From: Octopus sinensis
Taxonomy: Eukaryota
Assembly: GCF_006345805.1 (NCBI RefSeq)
Contig: NW_021832021.1
Span: forward strand, 1-33,616
DNA length: 33,616 nucleotides
Reading direction: 5' to 3'
Within the stretch, counting starts at the first letter, position 1. The number at the start of each line of letters is the position of its first letter. The translations under genes and the position numbers were made by a program. This document shows, piece by piece, positions 10,291-21,466 of the stretch. Below the pieces are notes generated by a model. It had not been told where the DNA came from. It searched no databases and saw nothing but the letters and a program-made list of their open reading frames with translations.

Positions 10291-10741
10291 GAATCTCCAT
10301 CAGTCAGACTTGACTGCAGACTCTTAAGCTACCCAATAAAGAATCGGTGACCCCACTCCGCGGTCAGTCTGTGTCAAAGGTTAAGAGGCGAAGGCGCGCA
10401 AGAGTATCGGTAACTTAGCAACAGTACGTTCCCCTTTCATTCGGCGTTCGTAAGATACGAACCCACGTCACCTCTTCAGTCGACTGTATAGCTTGATCCT
10501 TCTTTTTATCTAATGCACAGATACCTACTTTAAGTGGGACTTCGGTAGGGCTGGTGTTTAAGGGTAGACCCTCTACTTAATGCTTGGGTTAGCAGTGGTG
10601 GCGAGGCAGTGCTGGTGGCGGTGGTAGTAGAGGGGGTGATAGTCGTGGTGGTGGTGGTGTTGGTGTTGGTGGTTGTCGTCGTCGTGGATATATATAGTGT
10701 GAGAGCTTGTGTTCACCTATTTGTATATAAGATTGTGTGTG

Positions 10742-10809
<68 letters not shown>

Positions 10810-11197
10810 TGTGAGTATGTGCATGTGTGTGTATATATATATAGGCAGGTAGATAGGTACAGATAGAGATAAATAGATACATATACATCTATATATATAT
10901 ACATATATACAAACACAAATACATGTATGTATTTATATTTATATGCATATGTATATGTATATAGGTATAAATACATATATGTATGCGCATGCATATATGT
11001 AAATATATAATATATGCATATATATATGTGTATGTATGTATGTATATATATATACATATATATATATGTATGTAGCATATATTATATATATGGGTGTGTG
11101 TGTGTGTGTGTATGTATAATATATACACACACACACAACACACATATATATATATATATATATAATATATAATATATATATATATATTATATATATA

Positions 11198-11514
11198 CGA
11201 GGTGGTATCAAAAGTTTTGTAGCGCGCCAATACATGGCAGCTCATGGTTGTGTGGGCACTCAGAGCTAGCAATGTCCTTAATGAAACTGCTTCGCAAATT
11301 TGTGTTTTTGTGATCATGTGTATGCTGTAGTCTCCGATTTTTGTCATGGACAGGAACAAAGACCAACGCAAAATTTTGTGCTTAACTAGAGAAGTCTGCT
11401 ACAGAGACATTGAGTATGCTTCGGCAGGCTTACAGCGACGAGGCAATGGGTCGGACGCAATGTTTCGAATGGTACGGGTGCTTCAAAAGCGGGAGAATGT
11501 TCCTGAAAGACGAT
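11198..11514 (+). mobile_element. Mariner transposon 5' end (TIR + N-terminal HTH), truncated
   Basis: TA|CGAGGTGGTATCAAAAG TIR, then the frame KFCA*LEKSATETLSMLRQAYSDEAMGRTQCFEWYGCFKSGRMFLKDD, typical of the mariner DNA-binding region. Confidence 0.85.
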
Positions 11515-12470
11515 TAAGGCTTGTAACCGAAGTTATTTTAGTGGTGAACTTTCTTTGTAACCTGTCAATCTCTTCTATGAGATCGAATAAGTTTGGAGAC
11601 CCTGCTCAGAACTAAGGTTTACCACCGAGTTAGCATAACTACCGGTTCTCTTGTCACGAAAGTTTGTAGGATCCATCCTATGAGATGTCTGCATTTCGGT
11701 GATGTGGCTGGTGAAAGATACATCATTTGACATGATTTCTCCTAAGTCCCTTACGCCATTAGTGCTCTGAGACATTGTGTTATCTGGTGTCAAATATAGT
11801 GATTTGTGTGTATTCTCTCCTTAATGAACAACCTGAAATTTTAATGCATTAAATTTGATATTGTCTTCATCTGCCGATTGATAAATGAGGTTCAGCTCAT
11901 TTTAATGTGTGATAACATCTACGGGAGTTTGGATAGCCATCGATATTTTTGTGTTATCAGCGTAGCTCGTCAGGTTGACGGAGTACACTTGCTAGTGTAT
12001 ACCTGATAGGATAATAATAGTCTTCGAACCGTGCCATGAAGTATACCACTTATTACAAGTGACTTAGCAGAGAGAAAACCCTTTGCAGCAACAGACTGAT
12101 TCTTACCCCGTAAGAAGCCAAAGACCTATTCACAGAGTTTTTCTGTGAGACCAAGATCTCTTAGCCTACGACAAATGATTCCATGATCAATCTTATCAAC
12201 AAGGTATATACAGTCAGTCTTCATTCTTTTCAAGAGACTATTGAGGATAGTATTGTAATAGCCGTGAAAGAGAACATCAACCAGTCTGAAACTCACATTG
12301 TGTGTTATCTAAGGTGTGTAATTATTCTTTTTCGGACAATGCATTCGACAACTTTAAATGTGCGAAATGTGAGAGAAAGCGGTCTGTCATTTTTGGCTTC
12401 AGCCCTGCTACTTCCTTTGTGACGAACGATAATGCTGATAATGCTAATAGGAGTGACGGCGATAGCTTTG
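11512..12470 (-). pseudogene. Reverse transcriptase domain of a decayed CR1-group LINE
   Basis: Minus-strand fragments in correct order: HKGSSRAEAKNDRPLSLT (KNYRPISL), DKIDHGII, VISGILHGT (SGVPQG), SYADNTKI (YADD), VRDLGEIMSNDVSF, GWILQTF, LQRKFT; many stops and frameshifts. Confidence 0.9.
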
Positions 12471-12599
12471 GTGCAGGTACAGTCCTGGTGCTGGTAGTGG
12501 TGGTGGCAGCGACAGTAGTAGATGGTGGTGGTCATAGTGGTGGAATCAGCGTACGTAGTGGTTCCAGAAGCAGTGCAGATTACGAGAGAAGATACATTA

Positions 12600-12740
12600 C
12601 CGTCTGTCTATCTCGTCGAATCAAGTTCTTGTGGGAATATGCGAATTCCTATGGGGTATGCTTTCGATAGAATTTTTCACTCTTCGTACAAAAACTTCAT
12701 TCCTTCGTTACCTCTGAGGTTGCCAATATGCTGAGATCAG
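12600..12740 (-). repeat. Out-of-order paralogous copy of the LINE post-endonuclease segment (13720-13857)
   Basis: GTCTATCTCGT.GAATCAAGTTCTTGT.GGAAT...AAAAACTTCATT.CTTCGTT...TGAGGTTGCC shared by both locations. Confidence 0.8.
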
Positions 12741-12749
12741 TAGATCTGG

Positions 12750-13170
12750 TGATTTTTGAAATAGCATTTTCAACGGTTTGGCGACGTTGTTTTCGCACTT
12801 TTTTAACAATATGGCTAGAAGACCATCTGGTCCAGATGCTGAGTTTGAATCTAGATCATTAATAAATGAAGTATATCTTCTATAATATCATTAATTTCTA
12901 GACGTGTCTCTGCCGTTGAGTTCCGGGCATCAAAGAATTCGTATGGATTATTCACTATTTTGTAGGTTATGAGTTGGGAAAATGCAGTTATATTGTTCAC
13001 TCTGCGCATATTTGTAATGAATCACTAGTATATGATCCATTTTGATCCAATAGAGGCCTAACTTGGTTATGTGCGAATGATTTTTGTGAAAAATGAGAAA
13101 AAAATTGGATATATACTTTATATAATCTCCATTGCTCGGTAGTATTCCTTCAGCGAAGTTTTTCCTTCAT
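12750..13170 (-). pseudogene. LINE ORF2 linker and RT N-terminal region
   Basis: Minus frames QVRPLLDQNGSYTSD and INDLDSNSASGPDGLLAILLKKCENNVAKPLKMLFQKS (GPDG motif). Confidence 0.85.
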
Positions 13171-13215
13171 AAGATATCTTTAGTTGCAGTTCAATGTTTT
13201 TTTTAAAATTTTATC

Positions 13216-13628
13216 TCCTTTACTCTTTTACTTGTTTCAGTCATGTGACTGTGGCCTTGCTGGAGCACCGCCTTTAGTCGAGCAAATCGACCCAGGACTT
13301 ATTCTTTGTAAGCCTAGTACTTATTCTATCGGTCTCTTTTGCCGAACCGCTAAATTACGAGGACGTAAACACACCAGCAACGGTTGTCAAGCGATGTTGG
13401 GGGACGGGAGGGACAAACACTGATACATAAACATACACACACACATACATATATATACATATATACGATGGGCTTCTTTCAGTTTCCGTCTACCAAATCT
13501 ACTCACAAGGCTTTGGTCAGCCCGAGTCTATAGTAGAAGACACTTGTCCAAGGTGCCACGCAGTGGGACTGAACCCGGAACCATGTGGTTGGTAAGCAAG
13601 CTACTTACCACACAGCCACTCCTACGCC
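13216..13628 (-). mobile_element. SINE family A, full length, inserted in the LINE
   Basis: tRNA-like head (minus GGCGTAGGAGTGGCTGTGTGGTAAG...GGTTCCGGGTTCAGTCCC), central TA/CA tract, GTAAAAGA-type tail. Confidence 0.92.
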
Positions 13629-13719
13629 TTTTTTTTTTTTTTTTCGCAATCGCATCTGTTGTGAGAACTTGGTTTTTCTTTTAGTTGTTTTGTTAGTTTG
13701 GTTCTGTTATGCACTAGCA

Positions 13720-14640
13720 TGCGTCTATCTCGTGGAATCAAGTTCTTGTAGGAATCGGCGAGTTACTATGAGGTATATATTCGACGATTTTCATTAACTC
13801 TTCAACAAAAACTTCATTTCTTCGTTGACATTGAGGTTGCCTATAAACTAAGACCAGATTTATATATTTTTTTTTATTTTAGGATTTCAGTTTCGATTTC
13901 CTTCCACTTGGCTTTCCTGAAATACAGGTTCATGAGGAGTGAATCATGATTGATGTTATTTGTGTGTATTGACCTCCTTGAGCCATATGTAGATAACTGT
14001 ATAATGTCGTGGTCAGAAATAGTTGTTGGAATGAGCTGAACATTGTGAATGAAGTCTAAATTTGCGGTAAAGACAAGGGCGAGTATGTTATTTCCCCTAA
14101 TTGGAGAAGTAATGACTTGTTGAACGAGGAAGTCTTTAGTGATACCGAGGAGAGCGTTCATATTCCACCTGTTTAGTTGTTTAGTTCCAGCTGAGATTAG
14201 GGAAATTAAAGTTGCCCGTTCAAATTACATTGACCTGTGGTTTGGCCTTACTTAGGGTTTAACTTAAGAGAGACAAAGCATCCTTGAACTGATCTCTGTG
14301 GTTAATCGCATCAAAAGGACGGCAGGTGATGCCTATGATCAAACTGAGATTGATCGCATGCATTATTAATGCATCGCAGACTATGCTGGGGTATGAGAGG
14401 AGGACATATGTTGCTAGATCTTCACAGATAAAGATTGCTCCTCATCCTTCTTTTCGTATCCTGCAGTCAGTTTAGTGTAGAACACAACTAAGAATATGTC
14501 CTTCTGCATCCAATATGTCTGGAGTCTGGTGTGTTTCACTTAGTGCTACACATGTCTTTGCTCTGGATGTAAGGTCTTCGAGATATGATATTTTTCTTCG
14601 ATTTGTGAAGTGTAAGAGACCTTGTGCATTCAAAATGATT
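13720..14640 (-). pseudogene. APE endonuclease domain of the CR1-group LINE plus post-EN segment
   Basis: Minus frames ILNAQGL...ALSETHQTPDILDAE...TGNFNFPNLSW...ITSPIRGNNILALVFT...ISDHDII...LYFRKAKWKEI: the conserved APE motifs (N, E, GDFN, SDH) in order. Confidence 0.9.
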
Positions 14641-14651
14641 GCTGAGTTTAA

Positions 14652-15250
14652 GGCGGTGAGCTGGGAGAATCGCTAGCACGCCGGGTGAACTGCCTAGTGG
14701 TATTTCGTCTGCCGTTACGTTCTGAGTTCAAATTCCGCCGAGGTCGACTTTGCCTTTCATCCTTTCAGAATCGATTAAATAAGTACCAGTTACGCACTGG
14801 GCCTATGTAACCGACTTAATCCCTTTGTTTCTCAATGTTTGCCTCCTGTGGGCAATAAAGAAATAAATAGTATTACTGAGTTCGGTTTAAGGCGGCAAGC
14901 TGGCAGAAACGTTAGCACGCTGGACGAAATGCTTAGCGGTATTTCGTCTGCCGTTACGTTCTGAGTTCAAATTCAGCCGAGGTCGGCTTTGCCTTTCATC
15001 CTTTCGGGGTCGATTAAATAAGTACCAGTTACGCACTGGGGTCGATATAATCGACTTAATCCGTTTGTCTGTCCTTGATTATCCTCTCTGTGTTTAGCCC
15101 CTTGTGGGTAGTAAAGAAATAGGTATTTCGCCCGTCGTTACGTTCTGAGTCCAAATTCCGCCGAGGTCGACTTTACCTTTCATCCTTTCGGGGTCGATAA
15201 ACTGAGTACCAGATGAGTAATGTGGTCGATGAAATCGACTATCACCCTTT
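14652..15250 (+). mobile_element. Three head-to-tail SINE family B copies (14652-14864, 14891-15121, 5'-truncated 15122-15250)
   Basis: Repeated GGCGG..AGCTGGCAGAA.CGTTAGCACG...GTTCTGAGTTCAAATTCCGCCGAGGTCGACTTTGCCTTTCATCCTTTCGGGGTCGAT. Confidence 0.92.
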
Positions 15251-15475
15251 AATATAAAGGATTATAACTGAATTGTTTTGTGAGTTAATGACAACACTGG
15301 TTTCTATATGTGCACTGGGGTAACAGTAGTGTCTGGTGGTGTGTGAGAGGTAAAGTGGTTTTCTTTTATTTCTATTGCATGATTCATCATAGCTAAAAAA
15401 GAATTCTCTTGTTTTGGAAGGGGTTGATGTCTGAAGTTGTTATGATTGCACAATCGGATATGATTACGGTTATGG

Positions 15476-15477
<2 letters not shown>

Positions 15478-15557
<80 letters not shown>

Positions 15558-15640
15558 GTTTGTCTATCTATCTATCTAGCTAGCTAGCTAGCTATTTATC
15601 TATCTATCAATCAATCTATCTAATTATCTATCTATCTCTC
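15478..15640. repeat. (TATC)n microsatellite
   Basis: Direct reading. Confidence 0.95.
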
Positions 15641-15764
15641 TCTATATATACATATATACATATGTATATATAATATACATATATTTACATAGACGTATAT
15701 ATATATATATATATATATATGAATGTATATTAATACTAGTACTTGTGCATCCGTGTGTTTTTTA

Positions 15765-15930
15765 TGCGTGTTCATGTCCATATCTATGATTACATCCTGT
15801 AACTTACGGTTCAACAAACTGATATCGCTAAAGTAAGTATTAGAAACGATATGATCTGCTATACCACAGTAGGTGCAACTCCAGACTGGTCGCATTCTGT
15901 TGTCTGAAACGAAAAAAAAAAAGAAAGAAT
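15765..15930 (+). mobile_element. Highly diverged SINE family A 3' half (contains candidate antisense exon 15808-15903)
   Basis: GTAACTTA(G)CGGTTC...TAAGTA.TAG...GGTGC..CTCCAG..TGG.CGCA.....TG.CTGAAAC + A-rich tail aligns to family A. Confidence 0.7.
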
Positions 15931-16009
15931 ATCAGAATCTGTACATGTATGCAGGATGTATCAAGTGATGAATATATTTCTGAATGCTATATGCACACAG
16001 ACATACACA

Positions 16010-16042
16010 CACACACACACAACACACAATATAGCATATGCG

Positions 16043-16128
<86 letters not shown>

Positions 16129-16158
16129 CATACATATACATATATACATATACATGCC

Positions 16159-16208
<50 letters not shown>

Positions 16209-16374
16209 TATATCTGTATATATACATGTGTGCGGACATATGTGTATGTGTCCATATATTATATATGTATGTGTGTGTCTGTGTAGATATATATATATAT
16301 TATATTTATATGTATATAATAGTATGTGTAAATATATATATATATCAATATATATATATATATACACATACATG

Positions 16375-16425
<51 letters not shown>

Positions 16426-16470
16426 CATACATACATACATACATACATACATACATACATAATATATATA
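16010..16470. repeat. Long compound (CA)/(TA)/(TACA) microsatellite
   Basis: Direct reading; source of the long YI/IY pseudo-ORFs. Confidence 0.95.
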
Positions 16471-16746
16471 TAAATATCTACTAGCTCAAAAACAGACACA
16501 CGGAATGGTGGACAGTGTTTACATAGTTAAAATATTACCATAAAATAAAAGAAACTTTCTCTATGTATGTGAGTGTGTGTATATGTCTATATATGCATGC
16601 ATACACACATACGTACTCATATTCGCACTCATGCAATCATACAAACACACACACACACAGATATATACATATGCATAAATTGGAAACAGCTCTCTGCGAC
16701 GCGAGGTGTCAAAACAACTGTACAACTATATATACATAATACATAT

Positions 16747-16830
<84 letters not shown>

Positions 16831-17124
16831 ATTCCTTTTGTTTTTGTAGTAATTGTTTGTTTCTTTTTTATTTTTGACGTCGCTTTTTTTTTCCTAACGT
16901 CTGTGGTGTTATGCTTTATTACATTGCGCCAAAATACAAAACCAAAGAACAAAAACAAAAACAACGATATAAATATATAAATAAAAGTAAATTTTTTTTT
17001 TTTCAAAAAAAAAATAAAACAAAAGACTAACAAGCAAACAAATAACAAACACTCCAATATTCTGTATGGTTTTTGATTGATTTCATAGATAGTTGTGTCT
17101 ACCAACAGTTTGTTTGTTTGTTTC

Positions 17125-17165
<41 letters not shown>

Positions 17166-17393
17166 ATTATCGATCAGATTTTTTTTTCGTTTATATGTGT
17201 GTAACCTCCATCTGTTTAGGAGAAATATTAGAAAATATTTAATGCGCTGCCCTGCGAGAAGATATGTTTGCGATGGATATATGTTGGATGTCTTGTGTTT
17301 CACTGGATACTAATTCTGCGTTTAAGTATACACACTGATATTTGGTCTCTCTCTCTCCCTCTCTCGCTCGTATTTACTCTACATATGCATACC

Positions 17394-17425
<32 letters not shown>

Positions 17426-18441
17426 ATATATATATATACATATATATATATATGCACACATATATATATATATATATGTTTGTATGTATATGTATATATA
17501 TACACACATATATGTGTGTGTATGAGAGAAAAAGTGTGTGTGTTTATGTGTGCAGATAGACAGACAGACAAACAAGCAGACAGGCAGGCAGACAGGCAGA
17601 TAGATAGATTGATACATACATATATACAGGCATACATACCTACACACACATACATACACACATATACCCATACATACATTCATACATACATACATACATA
17701 CATACAAAAGTATGTAGGTAGGTAGGTACGCACGTACGTACGTTGGAAAATAGGTAGATGCTTGTGCGTATAAATGCACATGTGTATGTTGAGTGTATTT
17801 TGCGTGTGAGCGTATGTACGTCTACAAATAAAAGGCTGACAGTGATTTCGAAGGTTCATCTTACATACTATCATCAGGCAGTTTGACGTCAGCAAGTAAG
17901 CTGAAACTTTGTAGTCACTATCAATTGTTTCCGTGTTAAAATACATGAATATAGTACTCTATGTAAAAGTATTGATTGGTTCTTCGTAGTAATATTCGTC
18001 GTTATTTACTCGCTAGCCTTTAGCGTATAATTGGTTTGCGATGTTTACTGTAGGAATGCTAATATGTAAATATTCCTATTATACTATCCAGTCACCAGAT
18101 AAATTAGTTTAAAGATAAAAAGTATTCTACATATGTTACGTAGTGCACAGATATGGTAAGTGAAGATAAATGGATAATGACAGTTCACTGCATGCAACAT
18201 ATGTTTCGATAGCATGGCAATTTATTGGCAATCAGTATATTACATAAGTCAAATTGCCAGTCGTTTCCTTGGGAATTTCGAAATCCTCGGCAGATAATAA
18301 TTGACACTCGACTTGGTAATACACTGACTGCAATTAGACTGACATGCTAATGAAATATCTGTAGCATGTATTAAGTTGTCATTATCAATTCATTGTGTGC
18401 GCGTGTAAATGTATGCATGTATATATATATATATATATATA

Positions 18442-18495
18442 TGGCGGTGCCCCAGCATGGCCACAGCTCATAAGCTGAAACTAGAATCAATCAAA
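18442..18495 (+). mobile_element. SINE family A tail fragment
   Basis: GGCGGTGCCCCAGCATGGCCACAGCTC...CTGAAAC. Confidence 0.7.
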
Positions 18496-18502
18496 CGAAT
18501 CA

Positions 18503-18544
<42 letters not shown>

Positions 18545-18725
18545 TACATATATATATATACATATATATATATACATACATATATATATATCCATACATA
18601 CACACACACACACATACACATATATAAAGTATATATATAATGTGTGTGTAGTGTATTGTTCCGTTAATTAGTGGGCTCAACAAAATAAGTACTTTATCCA
18701 GTGAGAGATAAATATCATTTAATAA

Positions 18726-18890
18726 GCAGGCGTGGCTGTGTGGTAAGATGCTTGCTTCCCAACCACATAGTTCCGAGATCAGTCCCACTGCGTGACACTT
18801 TGGGCAAGTGTCTTCTACTATAGCGTCGGGCCGACAAAAGCCTTTTAAAAGGATTTTGTAGACAGAAACTGAAAGAAGCCCGCCGTGTAT
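18726..18890 (+). mobile_element. SINE family A, 5' half
   Basis: GCAGG.GTGGCTGTGTGGTAAG...CAGTCCCACTGCGTG...GAAACTGAAAGAAGCCCG. Confidence 0.88.
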
Positions 18891-18930
18891 CTCTCTCTCT
18901 CTCTATATATATATGTATATATATATATGC

Positions 18931-18988
<58 letters not shown>

Positions 18989-18995
18989 ATATATC

Positions 18996-19108
18996 AGCCG
19001 AAATTGCGAGGATGATCCGGTTCTTGACTGAAGCTTAGAGGCTTCGAATGACCCGTCCGTTTTTTGTATCGTCTATTTGAATGTTTTGCGTTCTTGTCCC
19101 ATTTTGCA
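18996..19108 (+). repeat. Family P2 repeat, copy 3
   Basis: Aligns with 4931-5096. Confidence 0.7.
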
Positions 19109-19117
19109 TATATATAT

Positions 19118-19540
19118 ACTCTTTTTACTCTTTTACTTGTTTCAGTCATTTGACTGCGGCCATGCTGGAGCACCGCCTTTAATCGAGGAACTCGATCCCG
19201 GGACTTATTCTTTGTAAGCCCAGTACTTATTCTATCGGTCTCTTTTTGCCGAACCGCTAAGTAACGGGGACGTAAACACACCAGCATCGGTTGTCAAGCA
19301 ATGCTAGGGGACAAACACAGACACACAAACACACACACGCATATATATATATATATAATATATATATATATACATATATACAACGGGCTTCTTTCAGTTT
19401 CCGTCTACCAAATCCACTCACAATGCTTTGGTCGGCCCGAGGCTATAGTAGAAGACATTTGCCCAAGATGCCACGCAGTGGGACTGAACCCAGAACCATG
19501 TGGTTGATAGACAAGCTACTTACCACACAGCCACTCCTGT
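19118..19540 (-). mobile_element. SINE family A, full length
   Basis: Colinear with 13216-13628 and 27760-28156. Confidence 0.93.
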
Positions 19541-19554
19541 GGCAAATATATATA

Positions 19555-19678
19555 TTTGTGTGTCTCTGTCTGTGTTTGTGCCCCTCCATCGCTTGAAAAC
19601 TGATGTTGGTGTGTTTATGTCCCTGTAACTTAGCGGTTCGGAAAGAGACCGACAAAATAAGTACTAGGCTTACAAAGA
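19555..19678 (+). mobile_element. SINE family A, partial 3' half, inverted relative to its neighbour
   Basis: CATCGCTTGA.AAC.GATG.TGGTGTGTTTA.GTCCC.GTAACTTAGCGGTTCGG...AAGTACTAGGCTTACAAAGAA. Confidence 0.88.
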
Positions 19679-20110
19679 AGAATGGAGAGTTACACATCTT
19701 TAATTCACAATTTCCTAAAATATTCCATAGTGTATTAAAAAACCCCAAAGAAGAATGGAAAGTAACACATCTATAATTGATAATTTATTATATATGAATT
19801 GCCAACGTACGTTTCTGATACGTTAATACCTTCTCATATTGTTAATAGATTATAGTATTACGCAGAACTATAAAGTAAATGCTGGCATATTGTTCTCAAG
19901 GCACGATAACACTGTAAGACTTTAGAGGAGAGTTCAGTCAGATTTTGGTAGTTGTAGTTGTTGTATTGGTGACTGACCAAAGAAGATACTGCGCAAGGAG
20001 TACTGAGGAGGAATAGGATAGAAACCGTGTATGGGGATGAAATATAATGTGGTAAGAATTCCTATCGTATTTAAAATCAAGCTGTACCCCGCTACCACCA
20101 CGAAAAACTC

Positions 20111-20486
20111 ATGGTACTCCGTCGGTTACGATGGCGAGCGTTCCAGTTGATTAGATCAACCGAACAGCCTGCTTGTAAAATTAACGTGCAAGTCGCTGAG
20201 TACTCCACTGAGTGTGCCCTTAACATAGTTCTCGAGGAGATTCGGCGTGACACAGAGTTTGACAAGGCTGGCCCTTAGAAATCCAGGTACAACAGAAGCA
20301 GGAAGAAAGAGTGAGAGAAAGTTGTGGTGAAAGAGTACAGCAGGGTTCGCCACCACCCTCTGCCGAAGCTTCGTAGAGCTTTAGGTGTTTTCGCTCAATA
20401 AACACTCACAACGCCGGGTCTGGGAATCGAAACCGCGATTCTACGACCGCAAGTCCGCTGCCCTAACTACTGGGCCATTGCACCCC
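20111..20486 (-). mobile_element. SINE family D (head D + tail X), full length
   Basis: Minus head GGGGTGCAATGGCCCAGTAGTTAG...GGTTTCGATTCCCAGACC (A/B boxes) shared with 24454; 3' half shared with family C. Confidence 0.88.
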
Positions 20487-20802
20487 GACACTAAAAACTA
20501 GATATAAGCGAATGTATTCTAAGCTATACTAACATCTAATATAGGTCATCAATTTTAACTTATTGACCACTGAAGCTAAAGATTGAGAGAGATATCAAAG
20601 AGGAAGTCAGGATATTTAATTAAGATGGAAAGAAGACTTTTCTACTTTAAGTAAATATATTTAGAACTTAAAAGTGAGAAATACTAATTAAGATACAACA
20701 TTCTCACTTATTAGTAATATTTTACTGTATGCTAGTGGAAAACCACGATGTGACTTTTGTCTCAAAGAGGTACACCACATCTTTACTTCGAAGTCTAATT
20801 TA

Positions 20803-21009
20803 TTGGTTTCAAATTTGAGCACAAGGCTCGCAACTTCGTGGAAGTGGGTAAGTCGATCAGATCGACCCTAGAGCTCAAATGGTACTTGGTTTAGGTGAAG
20901 ATGAAAGGCACAGTCGACCTCGGTTGACTTTGAACTCAGGACGTATAGACGGACTAAATGTCGCTAAGAATTTTCCCAACATGCTAACGACAGTGCGAGC
21001 TCACCACCT
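20803..21009 (-). mobile_element. SINE family B, diverged
   Basis: GATGAAAGGCA.AGTCGACCTCGG...TTTGAACTCAG.ACGTA...TGCTAACGA...AGCTCACC.CC. Confidence 0.82.
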
Positions 21010-21146
21010 TTCTTCAAAGTCTTATTTATGGACTGCAACAATAAATTAACGCTAAAATGTTCTTTTCTATTTGCAAAACATCTAAATACAAGTAATTTAG
21101 TATAGGAGGTTTGTATTCCTTTTGGTCCAGTACTCTTAATACACGG

Positions 21147-21466
21147 ATCTTTTCCCTTTGAGCGGCAGATCGAGAAATTAATTTTTTGTAACTAAACACT
21201 TTCAAACTTCGGACGTTTCTAAGGGCCAGCCTTGTCACACTCTGTGTCACGCAGTAATTCTATTCAGCTGAATACACGTCATTGATTGGTTGAAATTACC
21301 GAAATACGACAACTTTAACATGAAATAACTTCGAAAATATAAACTTTTCTCAAAAACGCTAAGAGTAAAAGCTGTTTTATATGACACATTCTTCCAGTAT
21401 ACGAAGTTTCAAAGTGTTTAGTTACAAAAAATTATTTTCTAAATCTGCCGGTCAAAAGGTAAAGAT
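21147..21466. mobile_element. MITE with ~65-bp TIRs (ends possibly piggyBac-like), containing a small SINE C fragment (~21216-21252)
   Basis: Left ATCTTTTCCCTTTGAGCGGCAGATCGAGAAATTAATTTTTTGTAACTAAACACTTTCAAACTTCG is the reverse complement of the right end (21402-21466) with about 7 mismatches. Confidence 0.75.

Noticed and set aside
14652-15250. CRISPR-like or other prokaryotic repeat array
   Set aside because: Eukaryotic context; the repeats are ~230-bp SINE copies without unique spacers of regular length.
18140-18165. Isolated strong donor ATG|GTAAGT and possible 12-nt microexon
   Set aside because: No convincing upstream pyrimidine tract; such hexamers are expected by chance in 33 kb.
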